Assembly (NCBI GenBank): GCA_016710135.1
Contig: JADJLM010000004.1
Coordinates: 1-32,000 of the forward strand
Reading direction: 5' to 3'
Source of the DNA: Nitrosomonas sp.
GTDB lineage: Bacteria; Pseudomonadota; Gammaproteobacteria; Burkholderiales; Nitrosomonadaceae
Length of the DNA stretch: 32,000 nt
The notes beneath the pieces are model-generated. The model was not told the origin of the DNA. It saw only the letters and a program-made list of their open reading frames with translations, and made no database searches. The translations under genes were made by a program, and so were the position numbers. This document shows positions 9,011-18,425 of this stretch, one piece after another. Numbering within the stretch: the first letter of the stretch is position 1; every line of letters starts with the position of its first letter.

Positions 9011-9586
9011 ATGAATATATCAATCTTCCGTGCAGTTCCTTTGTTGTTTACTATGATTACCCTTATTGGCTGCTCAAGTCCCGCGCAATTACCAAACCCT
9101 TCTGGCGCACCAAGTATCTTACAAGAAAGCACTCAAGCGATTCAGACCCCTGCTGCTGTGGCGAGTTCGGTTCCCACTCCGACAAGTGATGGGTTGATCG
9201 GGCTCCTGATGCAGCAGCTCGGTGTTACTCAAGCCCAGGCGCAGGGAGGAACAGGCGCATTACTCCAGTTAGCTCAATCCAGAATGTCACCCGGTGATTT
9301 TACAGCGTTAGGTAATTCGATACCCAATATGCAAAGTATCATGGCAGCGGCACCGACTATGAATACCAGCGAACTCGGTATTTCTAAAAGTTTGGCGGGC
9401 ATGACAGGAAGTAACATACCTGGAGCCGACAACGGTATGTTGGGAATAACCGGTGCATTCCAGCAATTAGGGTTAGCACCTGACATGGTACAGAAATTTA
9501 TTCCGGTCATTACTCAATTTGTTCAAGGAAATGGGGGAGGTGCGGTCAGCAGCGCATTGCAGTCCGCTTTGATGGGTGGCCTATAA
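9011..9586 (+). CDS. Lipoprotein, DUF2780-like
   Basis: A signal peptide with lipobox LIGC (MNISIFRAVPLLFTMITLIGCSS) is followed by an Ala/Gly/Gln-rich helical repeat (..LMQQLGVTQAQAQGGTGALLQLA.., ..FQQLGLAPDMVQKFIPVITQFVQ..). This resembles the DUF2780 family from memory. Confidence 0.65.
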   Translation: MNISIFRAVPLLFTMITLIGCSSPAQLPNPSGAPSILQESTQAIQTPAAVASSVPTPTSDGLIGLLMQQLGVTQAQAQGGTGALLQLAQSRMSPGDFTALGNSIPNMQSIMAAAPTMNTSELGISKSLAGMTGSNIPGADNGMLGITGAFQQLGLAPDMVQKFIPVITQFVQGNGGGAVSSALQSALMGGL

Positions 9587-9629
9587 TAGAGCTTGTCCAT
9601 ACCAGGTGATCTTGTTTGCTCATTAATTG

Positions 9630-10238
9630 ATGAAAGATTTAGTCGCCCAAGCTGAGCGTTATCGAGTACGCATGCAGCGAAAAAAAGAGATCGTAAACGC
9701 AGCGATCGAGCGCGCAAATCAAGAAAAAGGTTTGTTACTCATTCACACTGGAAACGGCAAAGGAAAGTCAAGCGCGGCCTTTGGAATGATTGCACGTGCA
9801 TTAGGTCACGATATGCGGGTTGGTGTAGCACAGTTTATCAAAGGGCGATCGGATACCGGAGAAGAAGCCTTTCTTCGGTATCAACCAGGCGTTGAATGGT
9901 ATGTACTAGGGGAAGGTTACACCTGGGACACCCAGAATCTGGCCCAAGACATTGAAACAGCGCAACGCGGATGGCAGCTAGCTCGCACTATGCTGCAAAA
10001 TGAAACAATTAATCTCGTTGTTTTCGATGAACTTACTTACCCTATTTGTTATGGTTGGCTTAATCTCGATCAAATTTTAATTGATTTAAAGAATCGACCT
10101 GCAATGCAACATGTCATCATTACAGGTCGTAACGCGCCAGGCACGCTATGCGAAATTGCTGATACCGTTACTGAATTCCGCAATATTAAGCACGCATTTT
10201 ATGCTGGGATCAAAGCACAGAAAGGAATTGACCTTTAA
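9630..10238 (+). CDS. cobO: Cob(I)yrinic acid a,c-diamide adenosyltransferase
   Basis: P-loop HTGNGKGKSSAAFGMIARALGH is present, along with ..VVFDELTY.. and ..ITGRNAP.. typical of CobO/BtuR. ATG is at 9630, with a TTG one codon upstream. Confidence 0.9.
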   Translation: MKDLVAQAERYRVRMQRKKEIVNAAIERANQEKGLLLIHTGNGKGKSSAAFGMIARALGHDMRVGVAQFIKGRSDTGEEAFLRYQPGVEWYVLGEGYTWDTQNLAQDIETAQRGWQLARTMLQNETINLVVFDELTYPICYGWLNLDQILIDLKNRPAMQHVIITGRNAPGTLCEIADTVTEFRNIKHAFYAGIKAQKGIDL

Positions 10239-10768
10239 TTATGTTGAGTCTTGCAATGCTCACAATCATGCTTTTTATCATGATTGTGGTCATGGTCATC
10301 AGCATGACTATCACTATGATCATGCTGATGATCGTGGCTACTAGTCGATTCCTCAGTCGATAACGGTGTAAATCGCGCACCTTGCGTTTCATAACCTGGA
10401 ACCGCTAATAACACAGCAATGACAGTTTGAGGCGTGAGCTTGAAGTCACCTTTAGCCTTCATCATATTTCCATAGACTGGCTCCAGTTTAACAGACTGCT
10501 TATTACCGCCTTTTTCATCAGTGATAAGAATATTAGCTTTGCCTTCGCCACCCGCTGATTGAATTGGCTTATTGCCATGATCGGTAATATATAGCGTCAA
10601 TTCATTGTCTTTTGCAATCAGCTCAAGATGAAATGGTCCAGCCGGTCGAAGCTGCCCACCATGTGGCGCTTCGATCGATTTTAATTGTTCCTCGCTATGA
10701 GCCCAGGTCATTTGAGAACCGATGATTATTAAGAAACCCCAAACGATGGAAGACATAATTTTTACCAT
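10235..10768 (-). CDS. Periplasmic protein with His/Asp-rich C-terminal tail; putative metal (copper?) binding
   Basis: It has a signal peptide (MVKIMSSIVWGFLIIIGSQMTWA) and a beta-rich body. The tail is SSHDHQHDHSDSHADDHDHNHDKKHDCEHCKTQHN. An RBS GAGGATAAGGA is present. It is the last gene of the amo-cop string. Confidence 0.6.
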   Translation of the reverse strand: MVKIMSSIVWGFLIIIGSQMTWAHSEEQLKSIEAPHGGQLRPAGPFHLELIAKDNELTLYITDHGNKPIQSAGGEGKANILITDEKGGNKQSVKLEPVYGNMMKAKGDFKLTPQTVIAVLLAVPGYETQGARFTPLSTEESTSSHDHQHDHSDSHADDHDHNHDKKHDCEHCKTQHN

Positions 10769-10832
10769 TTTCCTTATCCTCTTTTTAAGTCATTAGAAAA
10801 CAACATCATTGCAGAACCACTCATCATAAGCG

Positions 10833-12866
10833 CTAATGCACATGATCTTTAGGTGGCGGAAGAATCTCACCTTCCTGATTAAGTTGACTTAATTGCTGAG
10901 TCAACAAGCTTATGTCTGACCATTTTAATTCATCGACAGAGGGAATCCAGCGAGCACGCAAGTAACCAAACCGATCGATCAGAAATTCTAAATGATCAGG
11001 AATATTTCCTTCCCCCAGAATATCTGGATGAGTCAGTGTCCTTCGATATAGAACATAGCTATCCGTAATTTCTCGCGCTCCCTCGGTTACAACGGGAAAC
11101 GGTATATTCTCAGTAATTTCTGCCAGTACTTGCTTACTCAAATTACCCATGGGCACAGCGAGCACGATTGTGTCTAACTTCTTCAGACGATCATAAATCT
11201 CAGTCAACTCAAGGAGTCTTTCTTGAGATTGTGGCCAAGAGAATAATACCAGTAGTACATTATTATTCTGACGAAAATCTTTGATCACACCGCTGCTTCC
11301 ATCATGGGCAAAATAAGGAAATATCGGAGGTCCGAGTGAAGGTTTTTCAGGCATCACCTTAGGATTAAGGAGTCTGCCTTGATATCCACGGGACATTCCA
11401 TGCATATAGTTCACCACATCCCAACGATCCTCTTCTGATAAACTTCCTGAGAAACCTGGCATACCTCTATTTTTAATGCCATAGGTCAACCAATGAAAAA
11501 AATCACCTGCTGTATGTCTTGCAGTATGAGGTTCTGTTAACAAATCAGCTGGCGGAGGATTAAATGCTTTTGCAAGAATGCCATTTCCTTTCCCTTGTGG
11601 TCCATGACAAGATACACAATTTTTGGCATATAAGGCAGCTCCATTAGAAATAGAAATAACGTCAAAGGGAACAGGCGTACTTCGATAGGTCTCTGGGTAA
11701 GCGTCGATCGCAAGCGGTGGTAGTGCAATCGCCAGCGACAATACAATCAAGAGCATTGGTATCAAGATCCTGCGTTTCATTTCCCACCGATTGCTGACCG
11801 CATACCAAGCTACTCCCAGCCCTATCAAGAATAAAGTTAACCCACTCCAAAATAAAAGCTGTACATTCGCTTCGTCCCACGTTGCATCAACGGATAAACG
11901 AAATGGATAAGGCCAATTATCAATAATGGCATGTTTTGCAGGAATCGTATTGGCTAGGATCGTCGCAAACAATACTAAAAAAATTGCCAGCACAAATTCT
12001 ACGCGAACCCACTTCCATAATAACTGGCTACCCCTTTCTGTTTTTTCCGGATTATTAACCGTAGTAAATAAAGGAAGCCATTTTGACCGTGCTTGATAAG
12101 CAATCAGCAGAATAATTGCCAAAAGCGCTAGCTTGATGTTTAGCACCCAGCCATAGGAACTCGCTACAAGTGCATGATAATCTTCTTCCACCATACGATT
12201 TGCAATTATCACACCGGTAGCCACGATCGCTAACATTATTAGGAGTGCAGTTTTAGAAAATTGCTTTAATCCATCTATACTGACTCTATTAAACACCGAA
12301 TTGTTCGTTTCATTCTTACGCGAGGTAGAAACAATTAACAGAAAAGTGGGTAACGCACCAAACCATGCACCAGCCAATAAGATATGCAATGCATAAGGAA
12401 AAATGGAAACAAACGAAATTTCTTCTGCTGCGGAATGGCTAACGAGAGAGCCTGCTATCAAAGGCAATGCTGATACGATTGCTCCTAGTACATAATGCCA
12501 TTTGATCCTTTCCAGTCTCAGGATATAAAGAAAGACTAGCAGCATTATTATTGAAGTAAGCACTCTAACCACCCACAGGTGTCCCATGCGCGTCTCTTTG
12601 ACAATTTCAAACCAGGCGGCAGGTTGCCATGCATCGGATGATATTCCAGTAGCTTGTCCTGTGGTTGTGGCGAGTATCCCGACTAATCCAATTAATACGA
12701 CTAGAGATAATTTTGGAAAAAGCATTTCCAATTTAGCAATCCATGGATTTTTGAGTATCGAATTCTGATTACTTGTCATTACCAGAAAAATGCAACTACC
12801 AAATAAAATCAGATTAGCTACTAGCTGTGCCCAACGTGAAATTGCTGCAATTGATTCAATCATCAT
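10833..12866 (-). CDS. copD: CopD-family membrane protein fused to a c-type cytochrome domain and a Cys-less thioredoxin-fold domain
   Basis: About 390 aa are polytopic membrane region immediately downstream of copC. A heme-binding CVSCHG follows (..NCVSCHGPQGKGNG..MPGF..). The C-terminal redoxin-like segment VLLVLFSWPQSQERL has SWPQS where CxxC would sit. Confidence 0.85.
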   Translation of the reverse strand: MMIESIAAISRWAQLVANLILFGSCIFLVMTSNQNSILKNPWIAKLEMLFPKLSLVVLIGLVGILATTTGQATGISSDAWQPAAWFEIVKETRMGHLWVVRVLTSIIMLLVFLYILRLERIKWHYVLGAIVSALPLIAGSLVSHSAAEEISFVSIFPYALHILLAGAWFGALPTFLLIVSTSRKNETNNSVFNRVSIDGLKQFSKTALLIMLAIVATGVIIANRMVEEDYHALVASSYGWVLNIKLALLAIILLIAYQARSKWLPLFTTVNNPEKTERGSQLLWKWVRVEFVLAIFLVLFATILANTIPAKHAIIDNWPYPFRLSVDATWDEANVQLLFWSGLTLFLIGLGVAWYAVSNRWEMKRRILIPMLLIVLSLAIALPPLAIDAYPETYRSTPVPFDVISISNGAALYAKNCVSCHGPQGKGNGILAKAFNPPPADLLTEPHTARHTAGDFFHWLTYGIKNRGMPGFSGSLSEEDRWDVVNYMHGMSRGYQGRLLNPKVMPEKPSLGPPIFPYFAHDGSSGVIKDFRQNNNVLLVLFSWPQSQERLLELTEIYDRLKKLDTIVLAVPMGNLSKQVLAEITENIPFPVVTEGAREITDSYVLYRRTLTHPDILGEGNIPDHLEFLIDRFGYLRARWIPSVDELKWSDISLLTQQLSQLNQEGEILPPPKDHVH

Positions 12867-12914
12867 CTTTGTTTTTCTCAGCTTACTTCTCTAATATGGT
12901 GCAGTCTTTCTTTG

Positions 12915-13313
12915 CTATTCCTTTATGGTGAACTCATACTCTGAGTCGACTACATGGCCATCGACCGACAATACTCTAAATTTGACGGTGTAACGACCTG
13001 GCTGAATTTCAGGCAATTTAAGTATGATAGACTTCGGATCCCCTGAGTCCACTACAGCTTTATCTCCAGTTACTGCTGTTTTATTTACATCAAGTACGGA
13101 TAATGTTGCGAATGCAGGTTCAATCTCTTCATTAAACCAAAGTCGCACCTGCGAAGGGGCTGTTGTAAGTGATGCTCTTTTTGCAGGCTCAGCTTTCACT
13201 AGCATCGCGTGAGCCAGAACAGAACTCATATTAAATAAACACAACATACTGACTATCAGTAATACTATCCAACTTACATTTCTATTGAGTCGATTTACTG
13301 CTATCCCCTTCAT
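12915..13313 (-). CDS. copC: Copper resistance protein CopC (periplasmic copper chaperone)
   Basis: The signal peptide ends ..SSVLA|HAMLVKAEPA, giving an N-terminal His. A CopC-type beta-sandwich follows (..LWFNEEIEP..YTVKFRVLSVDGHVV..). Confidence 0.9.
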   Translation of the reverse strand: MKGIAVNRLNRNVSWIVLLIVSMLCLFNMSSVLAHAMLVKAEPAKRASLTTAPSQVRLWFNEEIEPAFATLSVLDVNKTAVTGDKAVVDSGDPKSIILKLPEIQPGRYTVKFRVLSVDGHVVDSEYEFTIKE

Positions 13314-13391
13314 TTTGTTACCCCCTCATTTTGGTTTTACAAATAACAACAATTAGAGTGCCTTTAATTGAGAGCGTTCGATTTCTTTTAC

Positions 13392-13951
13392 TTACGCTTT
13401 TTTATTAGATTTAAGGAAGAAGAAAGCGATACCGGCAGCGATTGCCAGCGCACCTAAGATATAAGGCAGATTTGATTTACCCCCAGTCCCTACCGCAAAC
13501 GGAAACCGTGATACATACTCATCTTTCTCCCCTTTTATCGTCACCAGCCCTACAAACTTCCCCGGCTCCGGAAAATTATGCTCAAGTGTCACTGATCCAT
13601 TCGAGTATACTTTGGGTGGTATATGAAACACCGTAATTGAATCGATATTTTCTTCGCTACCTACATCTCGAATAACTCTAACTTCAGTTGTCATCGGTCG
13701 TAGTTCTTCATTGATATAATCTAGCGCCACGACAGTTCTTCCTGTCACCGGTATGTCTTCACAGAATTCTTGCTCTTGCGAGCTTTCTGGTTGATATCCC
13801 GTAAAGTGCATGGTGTATGGCCCGATCGTTAGCGTACACAGGTCATCGGCTAGCGATAGCCCACCATGCGCTTGAATTGCATCGAATACAGTAATCCTAC
13901 TATCGCAATCACTCCAAACTTGCTACTTAATTTCTTCAACTTTTGAATCAT
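13392..13951 (-). CDS. amoD: AmoD (orf5), frameshifted as written between signal peptide and mature domain
   Basis: It is a paralogue of the upstream amoE. An RBS AAGAGGA plus ATG at 13949-13951 gives MIQKLKKLSSKFGVIAIVGLLYS.., which stops at 13850-13852. The mature part ..DAIQAHGGLSLADDLCTLTIGPYTMHFTGYQPE.. is in another frame (ORF 13392-13811 and upstream) and has no start codon of its own. A C-terminal TM anchor is present. Confidence 0.7.
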
Positions 13952-14028
13952 GCTCTATCCTCTTCGGTCATCTGTAAATCTTTTTATTATATGATTATTT
14001 TATTCCCTAGAATACTTGCTTTAATCCC

Positions 14029-14601
14029 TTAGCGGCGTGAGGCCAACCAGTTACGCACACGCTGTGATCGAATCACTTTGTAAATTATCCATATTAATAT
14101 GATTAACGCCATCGTCGGCGCTATCGAAGCGCGTATCACCTTAGAGTAATCAATCATTTCCACACGTAATTTATAGTGAAAGTGTAATGGCGGTATTCCT
14201 TCTGCGGTTACATGGACTAAATACGGCCCTTTCTCTAATTTACTTATTCCACTTATCACTCCATCGGGATAATAATTGGCCTGTAGTTGTGTTATCGTTT
14301 CACCTTCTTTGTCGCTACCCTTCACAACTTTGATCGATACGGGCATATTACGTAGTGCTGCATCGATTAAATCTACAACTAAATATGTGTCCCCTGCCTG
14401 GGGTATTTCAGTGCAGTAATGCCCCGCTTCGTCATATTGCGGCTGGTACGTGCTTAAGTGAATCATGTTCTCACCTATCTGGCGCATACAGCTATCTTCT
14501 TCGAGTGAGACCTTTCCATGGGCTAGCGCTTCACTAGGGGTATAAAGCATCGCAATAAGAACCAAGGCCATAACCGCTGCCGTTGTCATTTGTTTTATCA
14601 C
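14029..14601 (-). CDS. amoE: AmoE (orf4), AmoD/PmoD-family periplasmic protein with C-terminal TM anchor
   Basis: GTG at 14599-14601 follows AGGAGA. The signal peptide ends ..SEALA|HGKVSLEEDSC. It sits directly after amoB as in betaproteobacterial amoCABED clusters. A C-terminal TM is present (IAPTMALIILIWIIYKVI). Confidence 0.75.
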   Translation of the reverse strand: MIKQMTTAAVMALVLIAMLYTPSEALAHGKVSLEEDSCMRQIGENMIHLSTYQPQYDEAGHYCTEIPQAGDTYLVVDLIDAALRNMPVSIKVVKGSDKEGETITQLQANYYPDGVISGISKLEKGPYLVHVTAEGIPPLHFHYKLRVEMIDYSKVIRASIAPTMALIILIWIIYKVIRSQRVRNWLASRR

Positions 14602-14642
14602 GACATGCTCTCCTATTTATCTATTAAAATTCATCTGCCTAT

Positions 14643-14690
14643 AAAAAAACCGGCACATCTCCTGCCTTTTGACAGAGCGATGCGCCGGTT
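14643..14690 (-). terminator. Rho-independent terminator downstream of amoB
   Basis: The minus strand reads ACCGGCGCAUC-(19 nt loop)-GAUGUGCCGGU followed by UUUUUUUAU. The stem arms are at 14650-14659 and 14679-14688. Confidence 0.75.
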
Positions 14691-14719
14691 TTGTCTTACG
14701 TTTTTACTTCAGCTACTAA

Positions 14720-15982
14720 TTATAGCTTGGTAAATACTGGGATAACCGGTCCAGCAATACTATTGATATGACGGTTTCCATCTTCATCCCATGACATCAA
14801 CAATCCACCAAAACGGCTTTCTGGGTCACCCAACAACGCCATCAAACGTTGAATTTCCCATAACGCATCTTTTGCTTCCATTTTGATCGTTTTGGTTTCA
14901 CCTGGTTGTACAGGAGTTTCGTCATCGAATGTCAATCCAACCGCGATCAACTCACGAGGATAGCCTGAGTCAAGATATTGACGGCCAAACGCGTTGATAA
15001 AACGAATACCCGCTGTCGTGAACTCACCAAACTTAACTGCGCTATCACCATTGTTGGTCACTTCCAGGGTTACACGTAGTGCACGTCCAGGTACGTCATA
15101 GTTAGCATATGTTACTACAATTGCAACTGGATTCGGTGCAACTGGCAACGGATCTACTTTCGATTCACCCGCTTGAATAGGTACCGTGTACGGATGCTTG
15201 TTTTCTGTATAACGATAGCTACCCCATACTAACGCACAGGTTAGAATCGCCATTACCCAAGCAAGCTTCTTGTCCACCGGATCTAACAGAAGATCATCAC
15301 CATATGCTGCTAAAACACGCGCACGTGGTAAGAACATTGGACGTGCAACAAAGATACCAATCCAAACACACGCCATGGTCATCCAAATAAGGTGCCATGT
15401 CATACTATTGTCAAAGTTGAAAGATTCAGAATCAATCGTTTCACCCGTCAATAATTTGAGTGGGTTAGTAAAATCGTCCCAGCTACCTGTAATGTTCATC
15501 CATGCACCTGGACCTGCAATCGGACCTGCACCATGTACGCTCAACATCGAGTGCATATGATGACGACCTGGAATTCTCGCTTTTAGATTCGCTTTGAATT
15601 CATAGTCACGGCCAATTTGTAATGGGCCTGCAATAAACCATGGTGCGCCATTAATTGTGGTACTCAAGCGAACATATACCGGGCTTGGACTACCAACGTT
15701 AAAAAACGCACGTTCTGGTTTAGATGCAGCACGTGGCCAGTCTTCTGCTAAGTGGAATTTACCTGTAATCGAAGCAAAATCGTTAACTTTGGTAACTTCC
15801 GGTCCCCATTTCATGTCGTACCATTGAACCGTACGCATCCTTAAGAACGGCTCTTGTGAACGTTCACCATGAGCAGATACTGGAGCAATGTCAACAACTA
15901 ATGTCATTGCTAGTGTTGCGGCCGCATAGGCTACGCCATACAACCCTAATACACTACGTTTGTATAGATTTTTTATATTCAT
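14720..15982 (-). CDS. amoB: Ammonia monooxygenase subunit B
   Basis: The 420-aa product matches remembered N. europaea AmoB closely (..[24 protein letters not shown].., ..[10 protein letters not shown].., ..[18 protein letters not shown]..). The start ATG overlaps the amoA stop (TAATG). Confidence 0.96.
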   Translation of the reverse strand: MNIKNLYKRSVLGLYGVAYAAATLAMTLVVDIAPVSAHGERSQEPFLRMRTVQWYDMKWGPEVTKVNDFASITGKFHLAEDWPRAASKPERAFFNVGSPSPVYVRLSTTINGAPWFIAGPLQIGRDYEFKANLKARIPGRHHMHSMLSVHGAGPIAGPGAWMNITGSWDDFTNPLKLLTGETIDSESFNFDNSMTWHLIWMTMACVWIGIFVARPMFLPRARVLAAYGDDLLLDPVDKKLAWVMAILTCALVWGSYRYTENKHPYTVPIQAGESKVDPLPVAPNPVAIVVTYANYDVPGRALRVTLEVTNNGDSAVKFGEFTTAGIRFINAFGRQYLDSGYPRELIAVGLTFDDETPVQPGETKTIKMEAKDALWEIQRLMALLGDPESRFGGLLMSWDEDGNRHINSIAGPVIPVFTKL

Positions 15983-16815
15983 TACTTGATCCCCTGTGCG
16001 AAACCTTCTTCACCAAATGCCGTAACGTCATCTCTTTCTACGATACGACCTCTCTTACCTTTAACATAGAAGAAAGCGGTGCAATAGACTTTACCTAGGT
16101 ACCACCAAACAACAAACATCAGCATCGATACGAATGCTGCGAAGAATGCCGCAATCACAGTCGTGTGGCCACCGAACGTACGTAGTGAACCTTGTTCAAT
16201 CAAGCGAACATATTCAGGAGTACCTGTACGTACATACATGTGTCCCATATAGTCAGCCATCGATAACAATGTGCCTTCAACTACGATTGGTAAGTGGGTC
16301 GGTCCAAAAATAACCCAGTTGCCTGGATAGAAGAATAATCCAAAGAATCCGCCACCAACTAACGCTGTCACGAGCCAGTTACGGGTTAGATATAAAGTAA
16401 TATCTAACATTAACGCGCCTGGAATCATGATTGATGGAATTACAAAGTTAATTGGATAGTGTGACCACCAGTAGAAACCCCAGTAGCGCGTGAGCCATTC
16501 ACCAACTAATAAGCACACGATACATAAGGTTGCACCGAACGGTTGACGATAGTTAACCCATAGATAGTACATAAGTGCAGAGCAGTATGTAATACCAACT
16601 ATCGGTGTAACTACTGGCCACCATTGACGAGCTTTCCAGTCAAGCCAGAAGTCCCAGTCACCTGCCAACAACATAAAATGCATGTGATAGGTACCTACCA
16701 GCAATATACATAAAATCGGAAAATAGATTAAATCTATTGACCGTGACATGTGGATCGCTTCTGGCGGCATTTTAGCCGCTTTCAAAATTTCATTTGTTTG
16801 GAACGTGCTCGTCAA
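15982..16815 (-). CDS. amoA: Ammonia monooxygenase subunit A (start uncertain: TTG 16815, or ATG 16899 giving +28 aa)
   Basis: ..[49 protein letters not shown].. is near-identical to remembered Nitrosomonas AmoA. N. europaea amoA uses a non-ATG start at the equivalent position. TTG at 16813-16815 is preceded by GGAAGG. Confidence 0.95.
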   Translation of the reverse strand: MTSTFQTNEILKAAKMPPEAIHMSRSIDLIYFPILCILLVGTYHMHFMLLAGDWDFWLDWKARQWWPVVTPIVGITYCSALMYYLWVNYRQPFGATLCIVCLLVGEWLTRYWGFYWWSHYPINFVIPSIMIPGALMLDITLYLTRNWLVTALVGGGFFGLFFYPGNWVIFGPTHLPIVVEGTLLSMADYMGHMYVRTGTPEYVRLIEQGSLRTFGGHTTVIAAFFAAFVSMLMFVVWWYLGKVYCTAFFYVKGKRGRIVERDDVTAFGEEGFAQGIK

Positions 16816-17031
16816 AAAACCTTCCGGTTTTGATAACAGTGGCACAAACAGAAACAAAACGGGTATCGCTAATAACACCCATATTATACTTTCACTCATA
16901 AACAACTCCCTCCCTTTTGTAGCTTGTAATTTGAATTTAACATGACGGCCCCTCTTTCTCTATTGGTTACATACACAACTTTAACTCAACTACTAATATT
17001 AATTCGATAGCCTTGCCTTCAGTCGCTACTC

Positions 17032-17061
17032 CCCGTTTCCTACCAATCGGTAGGAAACGGG
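17032..17061 (-). other. Perfect 13-bp stem / 4-nt loop RNA hairpin 23 nt after the amoC stop
   Basis: cccgtttcctacc (17032-17044), aatc, ggtaggaaacggg (17049-17061). No U-tract follows on the transcribed strand. Confidence 0.8.
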
Positions 17062-17084
17062 AAATCGTCTATAACCTTAGTCGA

Positions 17085-17897
<813 letters not shown>

Positions 17898-18114
17898 TTA
17901 ATTTCCTCCTGTTTATTACATTTTAGTTTGAAACAGTAATACTACTTACAATCCCTCGTCCCAAATTTCCTCAGAATTTCAAGATCCTAAATGGTATCAC
18001 CTACACATCAGCCATAACCACAACTACTTTAAGGCCTTTGCATTCCTTTCGACTAAACTACTCTCTTTTTGTTCCAGAAAAATACTTCCTAACCTCATTC
18101 TGGCTACACCCTAC

Positions 18115-18143
18115 AGGCTAGTCACCTTATCCACTTTAGTCAA
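18115..18143 (-). promoter_or_regulatory. Candidate sigma70-type promoter for amoC (one of two candidates)
   Basis: Minus strand TTGACT (18138-18143), 17 nt, TAGCCT (18115-18120), about 210 nt upstream of the amoC ATG. The alternative is TTGTTT (18213-18218), 18 nt, TATTAT (18189-18194). There is no experimental support. Confidence 0.25.
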
Positions 18144-18425
18144 GTAGTTTTTCCACCTCATTGCTATGGACTTACGGTAATCACTTGCATAATACCGTTT
18201 TATAATTTTCCAAAACAATAGGTTAAATTTTTTTCAGGGATTTTACTTTTCTTTGTAATTATTTTTCCCCAAAAGAAAACTGGTTACTATTAAGATTACT
18301 GTTATTACCGTTCTTAAAATTAGTTTTAACACTTGTAATCAGTAGTCCATTCGCTGAGTGAATTAGATTAAAATGAGGCCTAAGCTTGAAACTAAAGCAG
18401 CATTCTCTTTTATAAAAATTAAAAA

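Noticed and set aside
10111-10344. 77-aa plus-strand ORF ending in a His/Asp/Tyr-rich stretch
   Set aside because: Its first half is an out-of-frame overlap of cobO. Its second half is the reverse-complement shadow of the His-rich tail of the 10235-10768 gene, which has a signal peptide and an RBS.
11537-11880. Two small minus-strand ORFs (69 and 72 aa)
   Set aside because: They are out-of-frame overlaps inside copD and have no independent support.
15982-16905. TTG at 16903-16905 as the amoA start (307-aa ORF-track product)
   Set aside because: That TTG lies inside the spacer between the strong GGGAGGGAG and the ATG at 16897-16899, so it has no usable RBS. Only the ATG at 16899 and the TTG at 16815 are plausible starts.
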